64,000 bases of DNA from NCBI GenBank assembly GCA_037146775.1, contig JBAWWL010000005.1, forward strand, positions 102,241-166,240, written 5' to 3'. The notes under the pieces are model-generated. The model had not been told where the DNA came from. It was given only the letters and a program-made list of their open reading frames with translations, and did not search any database. Source of the DNA: Candidatus Omnitrophota bacterium (GTDB lineage Bacteria > Omnitrophota > Gorgyraeia > Duberdicusellales > 4484-171). The position numbers and the translations under genes are program-made. Below are positions 1 to 9,278 of this stretch, one piece after another (position 1 is the first letter of the stretch; each line of letters begins with the position of its first letter).

Positions 1-62
1 AATCATCACTGAAATCATTCGCATAATCACTGCAATCAATTTTAATAGGAGGGTAATATAAA

Positions 63-716
63 ATGGATCATAACCAAAAAATTGAAGAAGCGTTAAATAT
101 TATTTGGGAGGAAAGAGAAAAGAAAGTTTACGATAGGAGCGCAATAATAAAAAGATTTTTGGAATCAATCAATGAAGATATTTCTCAGGATTTACTTAGT
201 GAAGGTTTTGTCTTGATAGAGAAAGATATTATAAAATTTAGCGCTAACGGCGAATCTAAAGCCAGAGATATTATCAGACGAGAGCGGCTTGCCGAGAGGC
301 TTCTTATGGATGTTCTTGAGTTGGGAAGGAAGGAAGTCGATTCTTCAGCATGCGCTTTTGAACATATATTATCAAAAGAAGTTGAGCAAAGTATATGTAC
401 GCTTTTAGGCCATCCCAAAGAGTGTCCGCACGGCCTTGCTATTCCTATCGGCGATTGCTGTGAAAAAGCAAAAGGTTTGCTTGAAAGTATTGTGATACCT
501 CTGCCAAAACTTAAACCAGGACAGGCGGGAAAAATCGTTTATGTTTTGACGCGCGATCACCCTCAACTCCATAAGCTGATGTCTTTCGGTATTGTTCCCG
601 GGGCAAGGGTGGTATTGCATCAGCTATCACCTTCGGTAATCATCCAAGTTGAAGAAACCCAGGTAGCCTTAGAAGAGGCCATCGCTAAAGAAATTTACGT
701 CAAAAGAATTAATTAG
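63..716 (+). CDS. DtxR/MntR-family metal-dependent regulator with C-terminal FeoA domain
   Basis: RRERLAERLL...ACAFEHILS...LGHPKECPHG dimerisation/metal motif; C-terminal FeoA-like KLMSFGIVPG. Confidence 0.85.
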   Translation: MDHNQKIEEALNIIWEEREKKVYDRSAIIKRFLESINEDISQDLLSEGFVLIEKDIIKFSANGESKARDIIRRERLAERLLMDVLELGRKEVDSSACAFEHILSKEVEQSICTLLGHPKECPHGLAIPIGDCCEKAKGLLESIVIPLPKLKPGQAGKIVYVLTRDHPQLHKLMSFGIVPGARVVLHQLSPSVIIQVEETQVALEEAIAKEIYVKRIN

Positions 717-759
717 CTAATGCATGTATTTTCGATTAAAAAATAGATGCTATTTTTAC

Positions 760-789
760 TTGACATAGGGTAGGGGGGTATGGTATGCT
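760..789 (+). promoter_or_regulatory. sigma70 promoter with CsoR-type operator in the spacer
   Basis: TTGACA (760-765), TGn-TATGCT (781-789); CATA-GGGTAGGGGGG-TATG (764-782) is a G-tract flanked by an inverted repeat, directly upstream of csoR. Confidence 0.75.
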
Positions 790-809
790 ATAAATGAAGG
801 AGGAACAAT

Positions 810-1091
810 ATGGTAGACTACCCTAGTCACGACGAAAACTTAGTATCCTTAAGAAGGATTGAAGGCCAAGTACGCGGAATTCAAAAGATGATTCAAGAGC
901 GCAAGTATTGCGTTGATATCTTAAATCAGATCCGCTCGGCAATAATGGCTCTTGCTTCCGTAGAGGATAAAATACTGGAAAAGCATTTTCAAGCTTGCGT
1001 CGGTCAAGCCGTCCGCGGATCATCCAGCTCTGAACGTACAAGAAAACTTGAAGAGATATTGAAGCTTCTTAAGCAATTTAGAAAATTGTAA
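810..1091 (+). CDS. csoR: CsoR-family metal-sensing repressor
   Basis: LRRIEGQVRGIQKM...YCVDIL...HFQAC; Cys-His-Cys ligand set. Confidence 0.9.
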   Translation: MVDYPSHDENLVSLRRIEGQVRGIQKMIQERKYCVDILNQIRSAIMALASVEDKILEKHFQACVGQAVRGSSSSERTRKLEEILKLLKQFRKL

Positions 1092-1101
1092 GAGGTTTAT
1101 T

Positions 1102-2118
1102 ATGCTACGAAAAGTTCTGATTGCTCAAGCATTGGCGGTGCTATTTACTTTAAACTTTGTTTTTGCTGCTTCTGAGGGTTTTTTTTATAAAGAAGCTAAT
1201 TTAATTGGCAGCTATTCTAGCCGCGATGGGTGGGCGGATAAAAATGGGACAATGATGAACAGTTCTGTGGGTTTTGAGCTCTATCGTAAGTTTTCCGGTG
1301 ATTACGGAGATTTCCTTACCCTTGACCTTCAGATGCGCGCCTCTTACGACAGTAAAAAGAATTCAAGTCAAGCTTGGGGCTTGGAGATTCATAATGCATG
1401 GCTAGAGTATAAACTTTCCCAATATGCAAAGATAAGGGCCGGACATTTTGATCCTTCGTTTGGCCTTGAGCCGATGTTAGATACGCATAGTACCTTGCTT
1501 CAGACTTTGGCTGAGCAAGATATCGGTTTTAACAAAGATTGGGGAACTCAGGTGCGCGGGTCGTTTCCCGCGTTTGACTATGAGGCTAGCCTGCAACTCG
1601 GTTCAGGAATGAGCATGCGCAGGCGGGATGACAGCTATCTTGCGACATTAAGAATAGGCTCGCCGCAAGGTAAGAACCTGCAGGGAGGAATTTCTGTTTT
1701 GTCCGGTATGGTTTTAGAGAGCGAAGGCATGCGCACTTTTCCTAAAAATAAACTATTGTCTGTTGATGCGATGAATAAAAAAAGAATCGGTATCGACGGC
1801 CAGTATCTTTATGGCCCGTTTCTTTTTAAAGGAGAATTTGCTTACGGCGAGAACGATAAAAATGATGTGTTAGGGTATCTTACAGAAATAGATTATACTT
1901 TTCCTTCGCATCAGAATTTAGAGCTCGAGTTGCAGTATAAAACTTGGATCAATGATATTCATGAAGCCAGTCGCGATAACCCGACAATTACGCTGGGAAC
2001 AACTTACAAATTAAACCAAACTGTAACCTTACGCGCAGCATTCTTGCATAATTTCGGCATGGAGGATTTAAAGCCCGAAGATCGCTTTGTGGTGCAATTT
2101 TATTTCTTTGGAGGTTGA
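1102..2118 (+). CDS. Outer-membrane beta-barrel (porin O/P-like)
   Basis: Signal peptide, amphipathic beta strands, HNAWLEY...IRAGHFDPSFGLE, aromatic C-terminal strand. Confidence 0.65.
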   Translation: MLRKVLIAQALAVLFTLNFVFAASEGFFYKEANLIGSYSSRDGWADKNGTMMNSSVGFELYRKFSGDYGDFLTLDLQMRASYDSKKNSSQAWGLEIHNAWLEYKLSQYAKIRAGHFDPSFGLEPMLDTHSTLLQTLAEQDIGFNKDWGTQVRGSFPAFDYEASLQLGSGMSMRRRDDSYLATLRIGSPQGKNLQGGISVLSGMVLESEGMRTFPKNKLLSVDAMNKKRIGIDGQYLYGPFLFKGEFAYGENDKNDVLGYLTEIDYTFPSHQNLELELQYKTWINDIHEASRDNPTITLGTTYKLNQTVTLRAAFLHNFGMEDLKPEDRFVVQFYFFGG

Positions 2119-2119
2119 T

Positions 2120-2710
2120 ATGAAAAATATTTTTAAGATTTTATTGGTTTTTGTTGCTCTAATTTTCTTTGCCCAAGCTGCTTACGCTGCGGTAGGCTGT
2201 AGCCTCAATGACCCGGATCGGGATGTAAAAAGGATATACCCTGAATCGACCGGCTACAAAACTACTTTTATTACTATTAAGGAAAAAGGCGGAGAGGTTT
2301 TAAAGAAAAAAATAGAGGATAAGTTTCAAGATAGCTTTGAGCCGGTCTATGAAAGCATTGATGTCCCTTACTCTTTTTATACCGTGCTTAAAGGAAAAGA
2401 GGCTATCGGCTATATCCACGGAGTAAACCAAAAAGGTAAATATGGAGGTATGCAAATTATCATCGCCACCGATCTTACGGGTAAGATAATAGATTTTTAC
2501 TATCAGAAGATGTCTTCTCCTGAGGCCGGAAAGTTTATGGATCTTAAATTTACCTCTCAATTTAAAGGGTTGGCTCTCGACGATTTCTTAAAAGGCAATC
2601 TCCCCATAAACGATCCTAGCGTAAATAGCCCCGAAGATTTTAAGGCTACCTTGCGCGGCCTTAAGAAAAATATAATTTTATTGGATATGTTGTTGCTTTC
2701 TAAACAATAG
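2120..2710 (+). CDS. Exported FMN-binding-domain-like protein
   Basis: RBS GGAGG before ATG 2120; signal peptide; KGKYGGMQIIIATDLTGKI...FTSQFKG resembles RnfG/FMN_bind; no SGAT flavinylation motif. Confidence 0.55.
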   Translation: MKNIFKILLVFVALIFFAQAAYAAVGCSLNDPDRDVKRIYPESTGYKTTFITIKEKGGEVLKKKIEDKFQDSFEPVYESIDVPYSFYTVLKGKEAIGYIHGVNQKGKYGGMQIIIATDLTGKIIDFYYQKMSSPEAGKFMDLKFTSQFKGLALDDFLKGNLPINDPSVNSPEDFKATLRGLKKNIILLDMLLLSKQ

Positions 2711-2719
2711 GAGGTTTTA

Positions 2720-3094
2720 ATGAAAAAAACTATATTCATTCTCGTATTAGTTTCGGTATTTTCGTTATTGTTTGTTCTCTCCGGCTGCGGGCCAAATCCG
2801 GGGATTTATGGAAAACCTTTAACCGAAACCAAGGCTACAGCCATCGCAAGCGTTCTTAAGGCACCGGATAAATTTATCGGCCACGTCATCCGGCTTGAAG
2901 GAAAAATTATTCAGGAATGTCCTGCCGGAGGATGGTTTATGCTTAAAGATGATACGGGGGTGATATTCGTAGACCTGCACCCTTCCGAAATCGCTATCCC
3001 ACAGGCAGTCAATCACCGCGTGGCCGTGCAGGGTAAGGTTAAAAATGATTCCAGTCAAGTTTTTGTGATTGGAGAAGGAGTTGAATTAAAATGA
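2720..3094 (+). CDS. OB-fold-like lipoprotein
   Basis: Lipobox LSGC; VIRLEGKIIQECPAGGWFMLKDDTG. Confidence 0.6.
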   Translation: MKKTIFILVLVSVFSLLFVLSGCGPNPGIYGKPLTETKATAIASVLKAPDKFIGHVIRLEGKIIQECPAGGWFMLKDDTGVIFVDLHPSEIAIPQAVNHRVAVQGKVKNDSSQVFVIGEGVELK

Positions 3095-4278
3095 AAACCA
3101 TTTCTATCGCTTATAAGAATTTAAAGCGTAAAAAAATCCGTACCGTGCTGACAATAGGGGCGGTGGCAGTAGCGGTTGCGGTACTGGTGAGCCTTTTTGG
3201 CTTTGACGCGGGCTATCAGCAAGGATTGAGCAATGATATCGATAAGCTTGGCTATCATCTTTTAGTTACGGCAAAAGGTTGTCCTTATGAGGCGGCAACG
3301 CTAATGCTTTCCGGTGGAGGGGGCTTGCGTTACATGGAAGATGCTGTTTACAATCGTATCGCAAAAGACCCGCGTGTCGATAAAATTATGCCAGAACTGG
3401 TCTCCAGTGTTTACAATCAGGAGGGTGGACCAGATAAGCGCGGTACATTCGCTCTCTACATGGGCATAGAAAAATCCTATCTTGATTTAAAACCCTGGGC
3501 GAAGTTTAAATCCGGCGGATGGTTTTCTTCCCTAGATGCCGACGAGGTGATTATAGGCTACGAAGCGGCGGAATTAGAACAGCGCTTAGTGGGGGATCAG
3601 ATTTTTGTTCCTAAGATCAACAAAGTTCTTACCGTTAAAGGAATTTTTGAGCGTACCGGCACACAAGATGACGGTATGATTTTTATTCCGCTGGCCACCG
3701 CTCAGCGTATATTTAATCTTCCGGGAAAACTTACCGGCATCGGCATAAAACTTAAAGATATTCAACAGATAAACGAATTCGAGGAGTCGCTTTATAACGA
3801 GCCGGGCATCCAGGTGGTGAGTCTTGCCCAGGTGCGGGGAACAATTCTTAATCTTGTGGCTTCGGCGCGAGCAATGGCTAATTCCGTTGCTCTTATCGCT
3901 ATTTTTATTGCGGTTCTCGGCGTGACCAACACCATTCTTATGTCTGTGTTTGAGCGTACGCGCGAAATAGGAGTAATGAAGGCATTGGGTGCTTCCGCCG
4001 CGGATATTTTCAAAATAATTTGGACCGAGACTACGCTTATTTGCGTGTTCGGCGGATTGTTCGGTGTGACGCTTGCCTCCCTAGGGACCTCGATCGTAGA
4101 AAAAATTATTCGTCACACCCTGCCTTATGCGCCTTCGGGAAAGCTTGTTTTGATCAAGCCGGAATTTATGTTGATTGCGTTTCTGGCTACGGTAGTAATG
4201 GGTTTGCTGTCCGGTATTTATCCGGCGTTACGCGCATCTAAAATGAGGCCGGTAGAAGCAATTCGGTCGGGAGAATAA
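3091..4278 (+). CDS. MacB/FtsX-family ABC transporter permease
   Basis: ERTREIGVMKALGA and PALRASKMRPVEAIR motifs; 4-TM topology. Confidence 0.9.
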   Translation: MKTISIAYKNLKRKKIRTVLTIGAVAVAVAVLVSLFGFDAGYQQGLSNDIDKLGYHLLVTAKGCPYEAATLMLSGGGGLRYMEDAVYNRIAKDPRVDKIMPELVSSVYNQEGGPDKRGTFALYMGIEKSYLDLKPWAKFKSGGWFSSLDADEVIIGYEAAELEQRLVGDQIFVPKINKVLTVKGIFERTGTQDDGMIFIPLATAQRIFNLPGKLTGIGIKLKDIQQINEFEESLYNEPGIQVVSLAQVRGTILNLVASARAMANSVALIAIFIAVLGVTNTILMSVFERTREIGVMKALGASAADIFKIIWTETTLICVFGGLFGVTLASLGTSIVEKIIRHTLPYAPSGKLVLIKPEFMLIAFLATVVMGLLSGIYPALRASKMRPVEAIRSGE

Positions 4279-4280
4279 CC

Positions 4281-4976
4281 ATGAAAGATCATGTGATTCA
4301 CGCTGAAAAATTAACTAAAGTTTATAAACTTTTAGCCGAAGAAATTTATGCGGTCCGCGATATTAATCTTGATATTGAATCCGGTGACTTTATCGCCATT
4401 ATGGGGCCATCGGGTTCAGGAAAGACCACCCTTCTTGATAGCCTGGGTTGTTTGAGCGCGATTACAAGCGGTAAATTAAATATTCTCGGCAAAGACGTCT
4501 CACACGCAAAAGAAAAAACCCTTGTGTTGATGCGGCGAAAATTCCTAGGTTTTGTTTTTCAGGATTTTTTGCTCATTCCCACGCTTACCGCGCTTGAAAA
4601 TGTGCAGTTACCTTTATTTTTTGCGCGCGCGCAGCAACGGAGCTCACGAGCGATTGAACTCTTAGAAAGAGTCGGGCTTGGAAAGCGCATTAATCATTTG
4701 CCTAAAGAGATGTCCGGAGGCGAGAAGCAAAGAGTAGCTATCGCCAGAGCATTAGTAACCGGGCCTAAAATACTTTTTGCTGACGAGCCAACAGGGAATT
4801 TAGATACAAAAAGCGGTGAACAGATATTTCAGATTCTAAAAGATTTAAATAAAAGCGATGGTTTAACCGTAATTTTGACCACGCACAATAATAAACTCGG
4901 CGCGCTCGCTAGCCGGATTATTTATCTTAAAGATGGTTGCATAGTTCCCAAGGAAGAATCAAGCTTAAATGTTTGA
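4281..4976 (+). CDS. ABC transporter ATP-binding protein (LolD-like)
   Basis: GPSGSGKT, MSGGEKQRVAIARAL, DEPTGNLD. Confidence 0.95.
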   Translation: MKDHVIHAEKLTKVYKLLAEEIYAVRDINLDIESGDFIAIMGPSGSGKTTLLDSLGCLSAITSGKLNILGKDVSHAKEKTLVLMRRKFLGFVFQDFLLIPTLTALENVQLPLFFARAQQRSSRAIELLERVGLGKRINHLPKEMSGGEKQRVAIARALVTGPKILFADEPTGNLDTKSGEQIFQILKDLNKSDGLTVILTTHNNKLGALASRIIYLKDGCIVPKEESSLNV

Positions 4977-5070
4977 ATTTTCCTTCTTGCTGATAGCCTA
5001 GTGTAGCGTTATATTGGTAGATGGCGATCTTTGTATTTTGATATTTAAATTATCTATTAAAGGAGGAAAA

Positions 5071-5481
5071 ATGTTTAAAAGGATGTTAGCGTTTTTAATT
5101 GTAGGAACATTTAGCTTAATATTGAGTAGGGTATCTTTTGCTCAAGGTTGCGGTCTGCATGGTAGAGATCAGCAAATAGCACAAGCAGAGCATAATAGTC
5201 ATACCTATGCAGAGGCAGAAACGGCTGCTCAGGCTGTCTCAAAGGAAGTTGTTAATGTAGGCAACAAAATCTGCCCGGTTTTAGGAGAAAAAGTTGGCGA
5301 GAACGGCATGGAGCCGGCAACCTATGAATATGAAGGAAAAATTTACAATTTTTGTTGTACTGCTTGCATAGATGAATTTAAAAAAGACCCTGCGAAATAT
5401 ATAAAAAAAATAGAAGAAGAGAAAAAAGGGCTAGAAATAAAAATGCAGCCCGAGAGTCAACAAGGCCATAGAGCGTTATAA
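5071..5481 (+). CDS. Exported YHS/TRASH metal-binding protein
   Basis: RBS AGGAGG before ATG 5071; signal peptide; CPVLG...YNFCCTACIDEFKKDP. Confidence 0.85.
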   Translation: MFKRMLAFLIVGTFSLILSRVSFAQGCGLHGRDQQIAQAEHNSHTYAEAETAAQAVSKEVVNVGNKICPVLGEKVGENGMEPATYEYEGKIYNFCCTACIDEFKKDPAKYIKKIEEEKKGLEIKMQPESQQGHRAL

Positions 5482-5568
5482 AATCAATTTACCCCTCAAT
5501 TTTCACAAGATATCGAGAATTACTTTTTTAAAGATGATAGTGGGGTCGGAAGATCGTTCCCGTGCTAT

Positions 5569-5606
5569 AAAACCTAAATCCCACCCCGGGGGTGGGCTTT
5601 GGTTTT
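5569..5606. terminator. Terminator-like hairpin
   Basis: AAAACCTAAATCCCACCCC-GG-GGGTGGGCTTTGGTTTT imperfect stem after the YHS gene. Confidence 0.45.
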
Positions 5607-5637
5607 AATTAAGGATAAGTTTTGGGGTTAGAATAAG

Positions 5638-6156
5638 TTGGATATTAAAATTATTCGCAGCCGCAGGAGATTACGCACGGTGAGTGCGCGTATGGTTAAC
5701 GATTGCTTAATAGTAAGCGCGCCGCTAGCGCTTTCCCAAGTACACTTAGAGAAAATTGTTTCCGGTTTTAGATTAAAGTTTGAAAAGAAGAAGCTGAAAG
5801 AAGAATTAGATAGAAATCAACCGCTTTCTGAAATTGCTGCGTGCCTTAATGAGAAATATTTTGGCAATCAACTAAAGATCAACTCCGTAGAGTATGTTAC
5901 CAGCCAGAACAGTAAATACGGCTGTTGTAATCATCGTACCGGCCATATCTGCATATCACACAAGGTAGGCTTAATGCCAAAATGGGTCAGGGATTATGTT
6001 TTGATTCATGAAATGGCGCATTTAATAGAGCCAAATCACAGTAAGTCGTTCTGGGATATTGTTTCCCGCTATAAGCTTGCTGAGCGTGCCCGCGGCTATC
6101 TTATGGCAGCTGGGCTGGATATCGGTCAAGGAGAGGAATTTGGCCCGCAGGAATAA
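5638..6156 (+). CDS. YgjP-like/M48 metal-dependent hydrolase
   Basis: YGCC...DYVLIHEMAHLIEPNHSKSFW (HExxH). Confidence 0.85.
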   Translation: MDIKIIRSRRRLRTVSARMVNDCLIVSAPLALSQVHLEKIVSGFRLKFEKKKLKEELDRNQPLSEIAACLNEKYFGNQLKINSVEYVTSQNSKYGCCNHRTGHICISHKVGLMPKWVRDYVLIHEMAHLIEPNHSKSFWDIVSRYKLAERARGYLMAAGLDIGQGEEFGPQE

Positions 6157-6340
6157 TTTCTGGGACGTGATACTTAACCAACGATTCGCATAAAAATAAG
6201 TTGACACTAATACGTTCCGTGATTAAATAGCTTTACCGAAAAAAGGCAGTTGCTAATCAAAAAGTTTCATAACTGCCGAGACTATATTCTGTTATGCGTA
6301 AGTTCTAGCTTTGCATTTGGTGTAGAGCATTTTTTCGGTA

Positions 6341-6434
6341 TACCCCGCCAAGAATCTTAAATTTCTTACGAAATTTAAGAGGCGGTCCTTCGGGCAAAAA
6401 ATGCACGCGTTTTCGCGCAGGCATTTTTTAGGTT
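6341..6434 (+). repeat. Cloverleaf palindromic element, family B copy 1
   Basis: TACCCCGCC-hairpin-GGCGGT-CCTTCGG-hairpin-GGTT; same scaffold at 61990-62120. Confidence 0.55.
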
Positions 6435-6447
6435 AGAACTAAAAAAT

Positions 6448-6584
6448 GGGGAGGTCGTAAAACGGCCTGAGAGTTCCCGTGACGACGGGATTACCCTTTG
6501 AACCTGTTCGCCTTTGTTTTAGCAAGTGGCGAAATCTCGACAAATTACAATTTGTCGGAATCTGGATAATACCAGCGTAGGAAA
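6448..6584 (+). ncRNA. TPP riboswitch aptamer with an insertion of about 53 nt
   Basis: GGGG...CTGAGA...ACCCTTTGAACCTG [insert] ATCTGGATAATACCAGCGTAGGAA, upstream of thi4/thiM/thiE. Confidence 0.9.
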
Positions 6585-6600
6585 TGGGCTCGAATTTTAG

Positions 6601-6630
6601 ACCCTTATGTCGCTGGCATAAGGGTTTTTT
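6601..6630 (+). terminator. Intrinsic terminator of the TPP riboswitch
   Basis: ACCCTTATG/CATAAGGGT stem followed by a T run. Confidence 0.85.
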
Positions 6631-6825
6631 AATGAACACATCATTTTTCTAAGCGTGTAGCGTACAGGGAAAATGATGTGTCCAAGAAGTACATCCCGGC
6701 TCGCCTGTATACGGGGTAAATTTTCTTCGTAAATTTACCTCCGAGCTCGTCGGGATCAACTCGCGCTATCATTTTTTGGCTTGGGTACACACCAAAAAAT
6801 GATGCGCTCATTGAGGAGGTTATCG

Positions 6826-7599
6826 ATGCAATTGGACGAGATTAAAATTTCTAAAGCTATCATTGAATCGTTTAGTAAAAAATTGACAGAGGCATTGGAT
6901 GTTGATGTGGCAATTGTCGGAGCAGGCCCGGCTGGAATGGTTTGCGGTTATTATCTGGCTCGAGCCGCAAAAAAAGTAGTGCTTTTCGAGAGAAAACTTT
7001 CAGTCGGCGGAGGAATGTGGGGTGGTGGTATTATGTTTAATGAAATTGTGGTGCAGGATAAGGCTAAAAGAATTTTAGATGAATTTGGCATTAAAACCAG
7101 GCGTTATGAAAAAGGTTATTATTTGGCAGATTCTATTGAGTCAGTTTCAGTTATTTGTTCCAAGGCAGTGCAAGCGGGACTAAAGATTTTTAACCTGATG
7201 AGCGTTGAAGATGTAATGGTGCGTAGTAAAAAAGTAACCGGGTTAGTACTAAACTGGACAGCAGTTGAAATGGCTAATTTACATGTTGATCCGATTACAA
7301 TGCGGGCTAAATTTACAGTGGACGCTACCGGTCATCCCGCGGAAGTAGCCCGTATAATCGAGAAAAAATCCGGTATCAGGCTGAAAACAAAGACCGGTAA
7401 AACCTTAGGCGAAAAATCTATGTGGGCAGAGGTCGGCGAGGATACTATTGTAAAGAATTCAAAAGAAGTTTGTTCTGGTTTGTATGCTTGCGGAATGTGC
7501 GCAAATGCGGTATTTGGCGGGCCGCGCATGGGGCCGGTATTTGGGGGGATGCTATTGGCAGGAGAAAAAGTTGCCAAAGATTTAATTAAAAAGCTTTAA
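6826..7599 (+). CDS. thi4: Sulfide-dependent thiazole synthase Thi4
   Basis: [40 protein letters not shown]; RBS GAGGAGG before ATG 6826. Confidence 0.95.
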   Translation: MQLDEIKISKAIIESFSKKLTEALDVDVAIVGAGPAGMVCGYYLARAAKKVVLFERKLSVGGGMWGGGIMFNEIVVQDKAKRILDEFGIKTRRYEKGYYLADSIESVSVICSKAVQAGLKIFNLMSVEDVMVRSKKVTGLVLNWTAVEMANLHVDPITMRAKFTVDATGHPAEVARIIEKKSGIRLKTKTGKTLGEKSMWAEVGEDTIVKNSKEVCSGLYACGMCANAVFGGPRMGPVFGGMLLAGEKVAKDLIKKL

Positions 7600-7789
7600 G
7601 CCGCAATAACTTTATTCTCCTTCGCCGGATGAAGGCGAGAATGCATTAATGTATTCGGCTTCGGAGAAATGAACTAGATATCCTCCAGAGTTCGCAAAAT
7701 ACGAACTCTGGAGAGATTTCTCCGTAACCATAAGACTGATGGAGAACCCCGCGCTGGCAAGCTGTGGAGAGTAATAAGGTGCTTCATTG
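7600..7789 (+). repeat. Multi-stem structured element, family A copy 1
   Basis: Shares GCCGGATGAAGG, AATGTATTCGGCTTCGGAG, TTTCTCCGTAA, TGATGGAGAA and AATAAGGTG blocks with 20543-20704. Confidence 0.75.
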
Positions 7790-7866
7790 TTCTATCTGGT
7801 ATTTAAAGCAACTGGATTATGTTAGGGGTGGGTGTATAATAACAGTCGAGTATAGGAGAAAAGATT

Positions 7867-8670
7867 ATGGAAAAAATAAGCATTGATGCTTATAGCTTGC
7901 TAGAAAGAGTAAGAGCGCAGAAACCAATAGTGCACCATCTTACTAACTGGGTTACTATTTATGATTGCGCCAATATTGTTAAGGTGCTGGGCGGGTCTCC
8001 GGTTATGGCACATGCCAAAGAAGAAGTTGCTGAAATGGCGTCTTTAGCTAGCGCGCTGGTTTTAAATATCGGCACACTCACCGTTGAATTAGTTGAGGCG
8101 ATGAAAATTGCTGCTTCTAGCGCCAAAAATAAAGGCATTCCTATTATACTAGATGTTTGTGGCGCCGGAGCTACAACCTTACGTGATAAGAAAAGCTTTG
8201 AATTACTTGAGAATACGCATATTGATATCATCAAGGGTAACGTTTCCGAAATTGCCAGAATTGCCGGAGAAAACGTTGTCACAAAAGGGGTAGATGCCGT
8301 TTCAGTTAATCATGATATGCGCTTTATCGCTGAGCGTTTAGCCCGAGAGCGTAAATGCACAGTAGTGGTTACCGGCAAAGAAGACATAATCAGCGACACG
8401 AAAACTACTTACTGCGTTGCCAACGGCGACCCGATAATGGCGTATGTAGTAGGAACGGGTTGTATGGCCGCCTCGGTTATCGCTACCTTTGCCGCCATCG
8501 AAAAAAATTTTGTATACGCTTCAACTGCGGGCCTTGTTTGTTTTGAAATCGCCGCAGAATTAGCCGCTAAGCAATCACCCGGCCCCGGTTCTTTTAAAGA
8601 ACAGTTATTTGACTACCTTTTTCGTTTAGATAAAAAAACTATCGACGAACGGCAGAAGGTAACAGCATGA
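7867..8670 (+). CDS. thiM: Hydroxyethylthiazole kinase
   Basis: HHLTNWVT, GGSPVMA, LNIGTL, IKGNVSEI, GTGCM. Confidence 0.95.
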   Translation: MEKISIDAYSLLERVRAQKPIVHHLTNWVTIYDCANIVKVLGGSPVMAHAKEEVAEMASLASALVLNIGTLTVELVEAMKIAASSAKNKGIPIILDVCGAGATTLRDKKSFELLENTHIDIIKGNVSEIARIAGENVVTKGVDAVSVNHDMRFIAERLARERKCTVVVTGKEDIISDTKTTYCVANGDPIMAYVVGTGCMAASVIATFAAIEKNFVYASTAGLVCFEIAAELAAKQSPGPGSFKEQLFDYLFRLDKKTIDERQKVTA

Positions 8671-9278
8671 AAGGCTATTATTTTATTACCGACGCTATTT
8701 TAAGTAGAGCCGGTAACTTTAGTGATGTCAGGAATGCCTTGCGTGCCGGGGTTAGGGTTGTACAGTATAGGAACAAGTGTGGCTCTACCAAAGCAATGCA
8801 TGAGGAGGCGTTAAGTTTGCGCGCACTCTGCAAAGACATACTTTTTATTATCAACGACAGAATTGATATAGCTCTAAGCGTTGGCGCTGACGGAGTGCAT
8901 TTAGGCCAGGAAGACTTGCCATACGCAAGTGCTAGAAAACTTTTGGGAAAAAAGAAAATTATCGGTATGACCGTGCACAGTGTGGCAGAGGCTAAAAGGG
9001 CACAAAGTTTAGGTGCAGACTATATCGGGGTTTCGCCGATTTTTACTACTCAGACAAAAAATGACGCTGGCAAAGCCTTAGGGGTTACGATTATAGAAAA
9101 AATTAAAAAAGAAGTACAGCTGCCGTTAGTCGCTGTAGGTGGTATAGATTTAATTAATGCCGCTTTTGTAATTACCGCCGGAGCGGATAGCCTATGTGCG
9201 ATATCCGCGGTCATACGTAAAGCTAACGTAAAGAACGAGATAGAAAAGTTTCAGCGACTATTTAAAAATAGCCGTTAA
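8667..9278 (+). CDS. thiE: Thiamine-phosphate synthase
   Basis: VQYRNK, INDRIDIA, GVHLGQED, PIFTTQTK. Confidence 0.95.
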   Translation: MKGYYFITDAILSRAGNFSDVRNALRAGVRVVQYRNKCGSTKAMHEEALSLRALCKDILFIINDRIDIALSVGADGVHLGQEDLPYASARKLLGKKKIIGMTVHSVAEAKRAQSLGADYIGVSPIFTTQTKNDAGKALGVTIIEKIKKEVQLPLVAVGGIDLINAAFVITAGADSLCAISAVIRKANVKNEIEKFQRLFKNSR

